A stretch of DNA of 64,000 bases from Rhodosorus marinus CCMP1338 (lineage: Eukaryota; Plantae; Rhodophyta), in NCBI GenBank assembly GCA_029953675.1, contig JAMWBK010000001.1, forward strand, positions 3,100,001 to 3,164,000, in the 5' to 3' direction. The position numbers and the translations under genes were made by a program. Below the pieces are notes generated by a model, which saw only the letters and a list, made by a program, of their open reading frames with translations, made no database searches and was not told the DNA's origin. Positions 35,472 to 45,487 of the stretch are shown here, piece after piece; the first letter of the stretch is position 1; each line of letters begins with the position of its first letter.

Positions 35472-37565
35472 TCACTTCTTTTCAAATCTGCTCAGTGCTT
35501 CTTCTCTCGCGTTTCCGAAATCACATGTCCACTGCCCCCGGACGTTCCTAATTCTGCACATATCCCCATGTAGTTTGAAGTTGTTCCTGATATGACATAT
35601 CAATCCAGTTGCCCTTATAAAATCGTCTGGACCCAGCCCACGGATCGGATTGTCGCCAGCGGCCAAGAACACTCCCTTCTCCGCTCTGCATCGCTCGGAA
35701 CGTGCCAGGGCGGTATTAGATTTACACCGATTCCTTGTTGGGTCTAGCATGCAACATTCTTGAGAATCAGATGTGTTATCCGTTCTGAACCCGTTGCACC
35801 GAAGACAGTAGAACCAGCGGCCTCTTCTTCCCAACCCAACACAAGCCATTCCAGGTGGACAGAGGCCACGGCATCCATCCTCTCCGGGAGGTTCCGAGGG
35901 TACGGGCGTCGGAGAGGGAGTAACTCTGCTCCCACAAGCTGTTTCCGATATTCCCACTTCCTCCCAGGCGTCGATAACATGGTCTAACAAGCTCATACCC
36001 TGGGCAACACTCGAAGATGCGATTCTCAAATCGCAGAAATCGGCATCCACTGGAAGGCTCCCGTAAGCTTTCCAGATAATTGCCATGGCTTTCTCGATCC
36101 CAATTCCCTTAACCGTGGAGCCTGTCCTCCTCCTCGCGTTTGCGTTAGTTCCACCTTCACTTAGGAGGTAGAACCAATGATTGACAATCCCATTGTTCTT
36201 GTGCACCCCGCCGTTATCACCTTGGCTTCTATCGTAATCCTCAAAGTGGCTCGGATGCCCAAACGCTCCCGGGTCCTTCATGCTCCTCAAACCCCCGGCT
36301 TCGAAGAAAGCTTTTTCCCCATATATCCAGTTGTAATCTCCAATCAATTCAAAGAGAAAAGACGCCGCAAATATATCCGAAAATGCCTCGATAATTGCTC
36401 CTGATTCGTGCCTCGGGATTAGCTCGACTAGCTCAAAACCGACGGCATGACCAATTTCATGAGCAACAATGCCACCGTCTGATGACAGCGGCCTAATTGT
36501 CTTGCCATCATCTCCACTACCGAAACCGAAGACAAGACCGTCCCAGAATGCGTCCTGAAAATCCTTAAACAGCCTAACGACTCCTTCCATTGCACCATAA
36601 TGCTGCATGAAATCGAATTTGAACTGACTGAGAAGGTACTCGTCCACCTTCTTCATCCAGTACTGAGCGTCCACGACTTCAGCCTGCTTCTTACTGTCCC
36701 AAATGTCATCGGAATCCGTGGCAATCTGCAAAGTCCCTCCCGAGTACCTGGCGTCCCATGTAATCTGTCGATTATCATCTGCATACATGTAGAACAGTGG
36801 GCTGAAAAAAGATGTGAGCCCAGAGAGATCGCGTTCTTCATGGCAAACCCCAAACCCAACCCCAGAAGCAAAATTCAAGTTATTGTGCACGCCCAAAATC
36901 GATCCCGTGCCCGTCAGGGCAGCATCAATCCAATATGTATGCCAGTGTGCTAGCGCCCTTTCGTGCACGATGCAGATCGGCCTCTGCTGGAGTGGATCAA
37001 TGAATATTCTAGTCTCGTATGAAAAAGAATTGCTACCGGGTTTCATATCCAACGACCTGCCTAAACGAGCACCAGTCTCGCAATCGTCCCTGCTCTTGAC
37101 CACTGGCGGAAGCACGTCGAAGTCACAGTGCGTATGAGCTTTTCCGAAAATGCTGACTACGGCTCCATCCCTTTTGATAACAGTCAACACGCCACCAAGA
37201 ATCTGAACTCCATCGAACCACTCACTAAAAACTGTCTGGCTCTCCGTTTGAGACTCGACGACCCACCTTCTAGTCGAGGCATTCGCTGATAGCAGTTCAT
37301 CTGCGACTTCTCTAGACCCGTACTCATTTCCAATGACATCAATTATTCGTGGCTTACACGCTGACAATCGGCGCAATGCAGCCCGATCGTTCAAAGCGAG
37401 GTGCTCCGTTTGCTCAATCTCCAAGTCACGCAGTTCGTTCCAATCTGCGTTGACTCCATTGAGACAAATTGCAAGCGCAAACATCCAGAGACATACCGCA
37501 GAAAACATCAAGGAGGACCATGTGCTTCGCATCGTACTCAAAGATCTATCTCTACGAGACTTCAC
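35472..37565 (-). CDS. Secreted M4-family (thermolysin-like) zinc metalloprotease with Cys-rich C-terminal domain
   Basis: Signal-like N-terminus; propeptide (F.EWFDGVQILGG); HEIGH, IEAFSD and DNGGVHKNNGIVNHWFYLLSEGG motifs; PSPTPVPSEPP linker; Cys-rich tail. 697 aa, no intron; true start Met uncertain. Confidence 0.92.
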   Translation of the reverse strand: MKSRRDRSLSTMRSTWSSLMFSAVCLWMFALAICLNGVNADWNELRDLEIEQTEHLALNDRAALRRLSACKPRIIDVIGNEYGSREVADELLSANASTRRWVVESQTESQTVFSEWFDGVQILGGVLTVIKRDGAVVSIFGKAHTHCDFDVLPPVVKSRDDCETGARLGRSLDMKPGSNSFSYETRIFIDPLQQRPICIVHERALAHWHTYWIDAALTGTGSILGVHNNLNFASGVGFGVCHEERDLSGLTSFFSPLFYMYADDNRQITWDARYSGGTLQIATDSDDIWDSKKQAEVVDAQYWMKKVDEYLLSQFKFDFMQHYGAMEGVVRLFKDFQDAFWDGLVFGFGSGDDGKTIRPLSSDGGIVAHEIGHAVGFELVELIPRHESGAIIEAFSDIFAASFLFELIGDYNWIYGEKAFFEAGGLRSMKDPGAFGHPSHFEDYDRSQGDNGGVHKNNGIVNHWFYLLSEGGTNANARRRTGSTVKGIGIEKAMAIIWKAYGSLPVDADFCDLRIASSSVAQGMSLLDHVIDAWEEVGISETACGSRVTPSPTPVPSEPPGEDGCRGLCPPGMACVGLGRRGRWFYCLRCNGFRTDNTSDSQECCMLDPTRNRCKSNTALARSERCRAEKGVFLAAGDNPIRGLGPDDFIRATGLICHIRNNFKLHGDMCRIRNVRGQWTCDFGNAREEALSRFEKK

Positions 37566-39699
37566 CGTTCTCTCAGCGTGGGAAACTGCAACAACATTCG
37601 CCTCTTCACACGTGGACTACTTTGATTCCAAGTAGTGTGAGCGAGTTCAAATCGGAGTCCTCCTTAGTCTCAAAAGGTCGTTCTTCAAACTACGTCCAAA
37701 CCCACTTTGCAGCTGTATCGCACGTTTTCTCTCCCCAACTGCGTCCGAATCTCCATCCGTCTTATTCACCCACCGCGACAACTTATTCACAGCAATCAGT
37801 TCTCAATGCCATCGATAATCACTCGACAACACTGTAGTCGGGTTTCACCTCATCTCTCAGAGAAATACTAATTCACCAAGCAGTAGGAAGCTGGTGGTGT
37901 ACTTCCAGACTCGAGCATCAACTACACACGGAGTAGAAGATAGAACAAAATCTACTACAGAAACACAAACCCGGAAGCACATGCTCCCCTGCCCAGCAAA
38001 AAAAGAGCTGTCCGTTGACACAATATACCCAAACAGAGGATATCTGCCTCTCCTCTTTTCCGCGGAATATGAGAAGGAAAGCACTTCTATCACCTTTCCC
38101 CTAGGTCCTCTGAGAAGGGCGAAACCTGATTTGTGCTTCTCACCAGAAGCTCTTGACGCTCAGTACCAAAGCCCGAAAAACAATTCAAAAGGGGAATTTT
38201 CGCTCGTCCCCATGTCTTTTTCCTCTGACCACTCCTTGGCTTTCTGACAGATATAATCTCAGAAATCCAGGCCCCCTAACCCAACCAACCCATCTTCGCT
38301 AAAAAAGATATATACGATACAAGTTCTCGTATACTGTATTTTTTTATCAATAATCTTCAATAAATCCGTCCACGAGGAACGGCGCTCGGTATAAACGATT
38401 AGCCCAAAGGAAAGGTTTCCGTTCTCCCCCTTCGAGGCTTTCGTGGACAGCAGAAAGAGCCATGCGGGGGCACTCGGCTAGTGAATTCCTAAGAAAACCG
38501 AAAAAAATTGATCGAGTTTTTACAAATTTCTCGTGGGGCAAAACTAAAAAATCAAAATCATAAGGCAGCTGCTGTGTGGGGGGTGTGTTGGGGTGTCGAG
38601 CGCAATTTTTGTTTGCTCGCTGCATAATAATTTTTTGAAGTTTTTTTGAAAGTTTCACCCCATTTTTGCTAACATATCCCAAAAATATCGACCGAAAGAA
38701 AAGTTTCTGAATTACAAAACAATCACCAAACAATTCACCCATTATCCCAGCAAGAATTCAGCTAATGTTGATCAGCATCAACCGAGAACCGAATATTGCA
38801 CGGGTCGTGGCGCGGCAGGGAAGAGAATCCGTTGACGACCACAATTTAAAAACGCTGTCTTGTGAAGGAAAGCTCGGAAAGAATTCTCTCTCCCCACTTG
38901 CGCAAGATTTTCTTAGTTGGGAGAGCCAAATTTGTTGCGTGAAACTGGCCCAGAGCACTTTTGCTCGAGCTTTACGTCGTAGTGTTCTTGGAAGCGACTG
39001 ATCGAAAAGATCGGATGCTCTGAATGAGCGCAGCTCGTACAAAATGACCGCGCCAGCTCAACGAGAGGGGGGGGCTAATCCGGGAGAAATCGTCTGAGCA
39101 AGTCCGACGCAAGAATCCATGACCCCAATTCATTGGTCTGGTGAATGTGAATCGTGGATTCAGAATTCAGTTTCGGTCCAGGTGTTTGTATAATTTTTTG
39201 ACAAACTGTCTTGTGTTTTTTCACTTAGGGGCGATTGCCGAACACAAACGAGAAGACGCGTGGATTGCCGAGAGAATTGCGAACAGAATGCAATCACACC
39301 TCTGATCAACACGGTCCCACGTCTGAATTCTCTCTTTTTTGAGAAGGTTGGAGTTCATGCTTTCCCTGGAGAAGAAGAACTGCGGTCACGTTTCGTGCAT
39401 GAATTAGTCTCTTCACCTAAACCCACGCCGACTCAAGACGCTTAAGGGCCCTCCCCCCCCCCACCCACCATAGATGGTGGAAGTGAGTCTAACCACATTT
39501 CTAGCTTGAGTCCCAGCAGCTTATAATCTTCTTCTCCTTTTCAATGCGCAGAATGGAGCGCATCTCCATGCCACGTAACCCCTGCTGCCGGGTGAATCAA
39601 CCTCACGCGGATCAGCGCTTTTCGATACCAGCAGCGATTGTTCTCCCAGTCACTAAATAGTGATCTCATCGCGACGAATGGTAAACTTTTCATTCTAGG

Positions 39700-39760
39700 T
39701 CCCTAGTTATTAGTTCATCTTCACGCCTTGCGTAGCGCTTCAGGCTATGCTAGTAAAGTC
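39700..39760 (+). mobile_element. Short 3'UTR remnant of family B
   Basis: TCCCTAGTT..TTCACGCCTTGCGTAGCGCTTCAGGCTATGCTAGTAAAG matches 11341-11399. Confidence 0.8.
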
Positions 39761-40379
39761 CAGGGGGTAGTGTTCCGAACTTCTTGAGTTTCTGTCTGGG
39801 GTGTGAACTTCACCTGATACGGTTCACGAATATTCAGGAGATTGAAGATGGTTTATTCAGGTCTGAGAGCAGAAACTGCGGCCAGAAGTTCTCCAGCGAT
39901 CAATGCCGGTTGTCTCTGCCATACACGTGCAGAGACAAATTGTTTCTGAACATATTGATCATAAACTCGATTCAGTCTCGAAAGGGTACCTGGAGGTTTG
40001 AAAAGCAAAGGCAAGGACACCCCTGTTTTCTACTACGTGCTTTCCCATCTCTCACAGAGGGTGGCGGTAAAAAGAGCTAAAGCATATGAGAAAAGATGGA
40101 GATGCGTGCAATATCTCAACGGGCCAACTTTTCATAGCAAATGGACTAAGAATCAGGAACGAAGTGGGGGCGCGAAACACGTCGGCTAAGAACTCAAATA
40201 CACGGATCTTGCAATCGTACAGGAGCCCCTGACTCAGACCCACGGACAAAAGCATTCGTTTAGAAAGCCTGCAAAAATTGCTTGACGCGCTTATCCTAAT
40301 TTCTCCTGGTTGTAGCCGCGTGAAATCGTGTCCAAAACTTGATTTCAGGTGGTTACTAAATTGAAGGAGAGTGGCGGAA

Positions 40380-40810
40380 CCCGTCAGGTCGTGGCTAGCA
40401 TTCAGGGCAACCGGAGAGGTACGGATGACTTGTCTAGACTGAGAGAGACTAAATGCCCGTCATGGTCCAGTCACCCAGCAAGTCATTCACTTCACGAGCA
40501 GTCTGCGCGGCAATATGGGTATGTTGTGTTGCGTATGTGGTCTATAGTAGGTTGTCTGGGCTTCAAAGTCTGCGCAGGTATTGCATCCAGAACAAGCAGC
40601 TCTCCGTTCTGTTGTCCGTTGTGAGGGCCTTGTCCTTCCTTTTAGTCGGCGACAACCGAAAAACGAAGACGTCTTGATGAAAAAGCTCGTTAACGCATCT
40701 GCCCGGGTTTTGCATAGTTCTAGTACAACGACATCCGGTGGCACTTCTCATTCCTAGTAGATACGTGCCTGCGCTTTTTTTCCTCGAGTCAAGAATTGCC
40801 ACCGTTTCGA
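40380..40810 (-). pseudogene. Degraded TraB/PrgY/GumN-family (TRABD-like) fragment
   Basis: TYLLG followed, out of frame, by PDVVVLELCKTRADAL, resembling the TraB PD.V.VELC..R motif. Later AAQTAREVNDLLGD; stops and frameshifts throughout. Confidence 0.4.
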
Positions 40811-41336
40811 GTACATGCTACTGCGCTGGATGGCATTGTCTGTGGCGTCAGTTTTCATTAGGAAAAGGTGAGGGGAAACCGCAGAGGCAACGAAAAGGTG
40901 GTTGTCAGCGGGCAAACGGCTCCCAACCTAGACTCTTGAAAGGCCGTCGATTTGCAGGAGCGACGACCTTCTGTGCTGGAGCCCTTAGGATCAAGATCAA
41001 AAAGCGGCAGCTTGTACTAGCGACCACGTTGTTATCGTACAGGGTGAACACACTCCTCGTCCGTACGATTTGGAAACCGAATGAAGTAGCCACGCCCCGT
41101 CGACTAAATTTTTTACTGATCGATATTAGAGGCATGTGAGCTGAGTAGCTTCCCGCACAGTCTATCGCGGACTGGACCTTGCGTTGGCCTCTAGATTGAT
41201 ACTATTACCGGAACACCATATTAACGCTCTTCCTCGTCACCCGCGTCCACTATGAATCCAGAGATTGAAAACTCAATCATGAGACTTAACGTCTCAACGA
41301 AATGGATAGAATCGCGCGGAATGTCTTCTACGGTCT

Positions 41337-42441
41337 CTAGACGCTGAAGACATCCTTGAAACAGACGACCGATTCCTTGGATGACCTCCTAGAGTTCACA
41401 CAGATCTTCTTGGAGTTCCATGCAATGCCGTTGAAATCAGAACCCGCTGAGTTGCTTTGGTAGCGGCCCAGCAGTTTGAGTTTGATCTCCCCAAAGCCCT
41501 TGCCAATGAGCCTGAAAACGGTGATTCTCTGCTGCCTGGCTTTGGTTGGGTTAGACACCCCCTGCTTGGTCGCGGCAAACAATGTATTCCCGTTCGCTGC
41601 GATACTCTTTAGCCATTTCAGGTCTCCGCTGTTCTTTAAGAGTATCCTGGAGTTCCCATTTGCCGGGTTGTAGAGATGTAGAGAGGATGATACAAGGCTC
41701 CCCTTCGCGGGTTTGACGGAGCCCACAACAAGGTAGCTCTTAAATGCTTGTACATCAACGACGAAAGCCTCTTCCGGCTTCTGCGGAATGAACTTGAGCT
41801 CGACGGGATTTTCAAACTGACATTTCAATAGCGCGTTGACTCTGATCCTGAATAGCAGACGTCTTCCTTCCCCACCGAAGTACAGGAAACCATTCAGGGC
41901 TGTCATTCGTGTAGCCGTGGTTCCCGTAGGAATTCTGCAGCGTTTGAGAATCTTGAACTGCTTCGTGGGGTCCATCACCACAATATGCGAACCATCCTCT
42001 CCGCCGATGAACCAGTTCTTAACCCTCAGATAAAAGAGCGTCTTAAACTTCCTGTTGAAGCGCTTAAGCGTTTTCTTGTCCTTCGTCTGCGTGTTAAGCT
42101 CAATGATCTGATTTTTTCCCTTTGTTGCGCCAGATACGAAGACCTTGTTTCCTGTTCCAGTGAAAATGTCCTCAAACGAAAACCCTTAAGGGAAGAAAAT
42201 AGTTATGAACAGTTAGCTACGCAGCCGGTATTGATGCAATGAAAATCAGTATGGAAAAAAGTGCGCTGTGAGACAACGGGTTGATAAAGATTAGCGGAGC
42301 GGGCAGTATATACGATCCACAATTCAACCTACCATTGGGCAGTCGAATCTTTGTCTGAGGTGCCGTTTCCACAACTCGCTGCCCATAGCAGAGACCTAGC
42401 AACATTGCCACAAAGGCACACACACAAATAAATCGCCCCAT
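41337..42441 (-). CDS. Secreted protein, paralog 3 of 3 (~318 aa)
   Basis: Exons 42441-42333 (MGRFICVCAFVAMLLGLCYGQ..PQTKIRLPNG) and 42184-41337. 148-bp phase-1 intron GTAGGT..TAAG at the same position. Shares KRFNR, WF, RC..P, YFGG, LLKC, YNP, TLFAATK, LGRYQS..GSDF motifs. Confidence 0.87.
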
Positions 42442-44167
42442 TTCTGGTCTTCAGGAAGAATTCAAGCAAAAATCTCTGGACTTTGAACCCCGATCATGTT
42501 CCAGCATCTCCAACCTAGATGCGCCAGGCTCCCCTCTTGTCCATGAAGTTTTCGTGAAAGCTTCAGCGCAGTCTAGCTCATAAGCCAATTTTCGAGTTCT
42601 ATGGGGGGAATCCGTGCGGTGAATAAATATTCTTTCCCCTTGACAAATCAGCAGCTGCCTGCTTAGTGCCACCTGGTGACCTCAGAAACAGGTCCAAAAA
42701 CAATCGACGTTGGAATCCACCTATATGTAGACATTTTAGGAATTCACCTGTCCAAAAACAACCTGTCATGATCAAATTCGGCGCACTCTCTAATTCAAAG
42801 ATTGGAAAGCGTTAATTCATGACGGCCTTGACAAACAGGCCAAGTTCTTGTGAAGAACAACAAACAATATGTTTCCTCAAATTTTTGATTTTCGCCTTCA
42901 GTTGATACCGCATCAAAACGTATGTCTGTTTGACCCAAGAACTGCGCGATGTAGTGAAATATCGGCACCAATACTTTGCAAAAAGCAAAAACATTCATCA
43001 TTAAAGGGTCACGCCTATTTTCTGAACCCCTGGAAGCGGATTGCTTCGGAAATCGTCGAGAATTGGCTGCTCAAGGGATCTGTTTATTCTGAGACTGAAA
43101 ATTCTCTATTGTTGTTCACATCCGACTTAGCAGTCCAGCCGTTTTTTCTCTGAAAATTCTAACTTTTTTAGGGCAGGGGCTATGTTTGTAAGCAACCGTC
43201 ACAACGTGCAGATTCCATTTGGTGAAAAAATACAAATCCAATGTTTGGCATCGTACGTCATGGTTCCGCGTAAGCTGAAGTGTAAGCGCGTGTCCAATCA
43301 GAGCGCTGTTGTTGTTCCCTAATTTTAGATTCCGTTGGGTTGGAAAAAGTATATCACATGGCATGTGGTACCTCAGCTTTAGCATGGTATCCTATTTCAG
43401 ACGAATCAGATTCATTTTCATATGAAATAACGTTGAGGTACTTAAAATTTTGGAATAATAAATAAGATTCCTCCTTCCGTAGACGACGTATATTTGTAGG
43501 GGTTCATTGTTACTATGCAACTGCCCATTTTCAGGAGCCTCCTCCTAGCCTTGAAATTTGCTAGTACATGCTTATGGTTCATGATCAAAGCTCCGAAGCC
43601 GCATTGCATGACTTGTGGGCTTAACAATTGTGACCATCAACATGCTTTCCAGCCCTAGAGTCAACAGCTTTACGAGAGCATTCTTACTCATTCTTACCTA
43701 AGGTGTTTCCCACTATACGCAGCCCTTGTGCTTCGTCCAAACAGCATTTCAGCTCAACGCCTTAGTGCACCATGCTTCCTCCCGTCTTCAACCAGCGCTT
43801 GTCGTGCTCTCCTCACCGTGATAACTGCCCAGAAGGAGCACGCTGCCCGTATGCAGCGACTGAGTTCGAGCACATGACTTGCTGATAGATACATAATGAA
43901 CTCATCACCAGCATCCCATAAGTTCCATGCGTCTCAAATCCGGGCAAGTCCTCAGATCGGTCTCCATTCAGACGGCGCCGGCGGACAGTAGTTTGGCAGA
44001 AATTCACATTCACCCAGCAGAGCACCCCGCTGGAAAAGTTGCTAGAAAACGATCAGTTCCATACTAGGGACAGAGCTCTGTTAGGAGCATTCTCTTACCC
44101 AGGAAGGAGGACAGGTCTTTTTCAACTGAAATATGAGGTAGCTTTTGAGCAAGTATATGCCCCAGGT

Positions 44168-44530
44168 CTACTAACTCATCAGCAAACACTAAACACCAAA
44201 TACTAAAAAGCTAGCTTTTTAGTAGTTGGTGTTTAGTTCACTGCTGGGTTAGTAGGTACACACCTATAATAGGGTTGTGCCAAGTGGGTTGGGTTTTTCG
44301 CTGTTTACGGACCCAGAAGTGGTTTACCCGCGTTTAGTAGTTGGTGTTTAGTTCACTGATCAGTTAGTAGGTATACACCTATAATAGGGTTGTGCCAAGT
44401 GGGTAGGGTTTTTCGCTGTTTAGGGGGGGGGACCCAGAAGTGGTTAAACCCGCGAAAACAGGGGGGTTTAAGGGGGTGGGGTGGGTCGTAAACAGCGAAA
44501 AACCCAACCCACTTAGCACACAGAACCCTA
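44168..44530. repeat. Fold-back/MITE-like structure: palindrome, ~115-bp tandem duplication and inverted copy
   Basis: Imperfect ~45-bp arms centred on AAAAAGCTAGCTTTTT (~44205-44220). Unit TTTAGTAGTTGGTGTTTAG...GGACCCAGAAGTGG twice (~44218, ~44333). 44483-44530 is the reverse complement of TAGGGTT..GTGGGTTGGGTTTTTCGCTGTTTACG. Confidence 0.85.
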
Positions 44531-45487
44531 CCTATAACTTCCCTTTGCCTCTCGTAGGACAACCCATTCGAGATCGTTATTTTTCTGGTAAACCACACCA
44601 GCAACCTCAAACGGTCAGACAAGAGCACTGGTCGGCAACGCTGAAACATCGTTTCTGATCTGGAATAAAGGGTGGGTGCCCTTTGGAGAAAGGAAATGGC
44701 GAGAGGTCCTTAAACCAAATATGTCGCTCTTGCGCCCGGTACAACCTATCCCGCAAATTCCTTCTGTTGCAAAGGATGCTATGATTTTCTATTTAAATTT
44801 TGAAAAGCGACCTTAAAGTAATATTAAGATGAAAAATGGTAGCCGGCTTTGAGTTGCCCAGCGAAGGGGCAACAGAAATGGTAACAGAAGCGAATTTACA
44901 GTGGACCATTGTCAACAGCACTGGGGACACACTGTAATCCAATTTCAATCGCAGAACGGGTTTTTGCAAATTCAAATCTTCAACGGAGAAGCACAACCCA
45001 AAATCCTAACCTGTCCGCTTGTATATGCAACCGTCAACTAAGATAATCTCATAATTTAAAATAACGAGGACAGTTCCTGTTTCCATAAGCCCCAAAAATC
45101 TGCGAGTTTCAATCCGGCTGGTCAGAAATAAAATAAATTCAAATACCCGAACGGAAATAGAAATAGTGTTGTCGTGGTTGACTTCGTCATTGTGCAGTTA
45201 ATGCTGGTCTCTCCATTCTCAGGCTCTCAGCTACAGCTGCTTGAAGTTTCAGTTTGGTTGCAATGGAGGATATAGTCAAATCAGGCAACAGTAAGATGGA
45301 ATGTCATCGCAGCGAGAAACGGTAATTCTTGGACCTAGGTGTGAGACGGAGAGGCGTAAATTCTCCTCTTGATAGAGCTGCGACTAGGTAGGTCATGGCG
45401 AGGGCAAAGCGGGAACAATATGGGGTCATTTGCTTGATCAAGAGGGCGAAGTCTGTACACTATTTTGGCGTTTGTGCTTAGTAAGAA

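Noticed and set aside
37857-39445. Several 60-130 aa ORFs in AT-rich DNA
   Set aside because: No motifs, no consistent splice model; likely spurious or unrecognisable TE remains.
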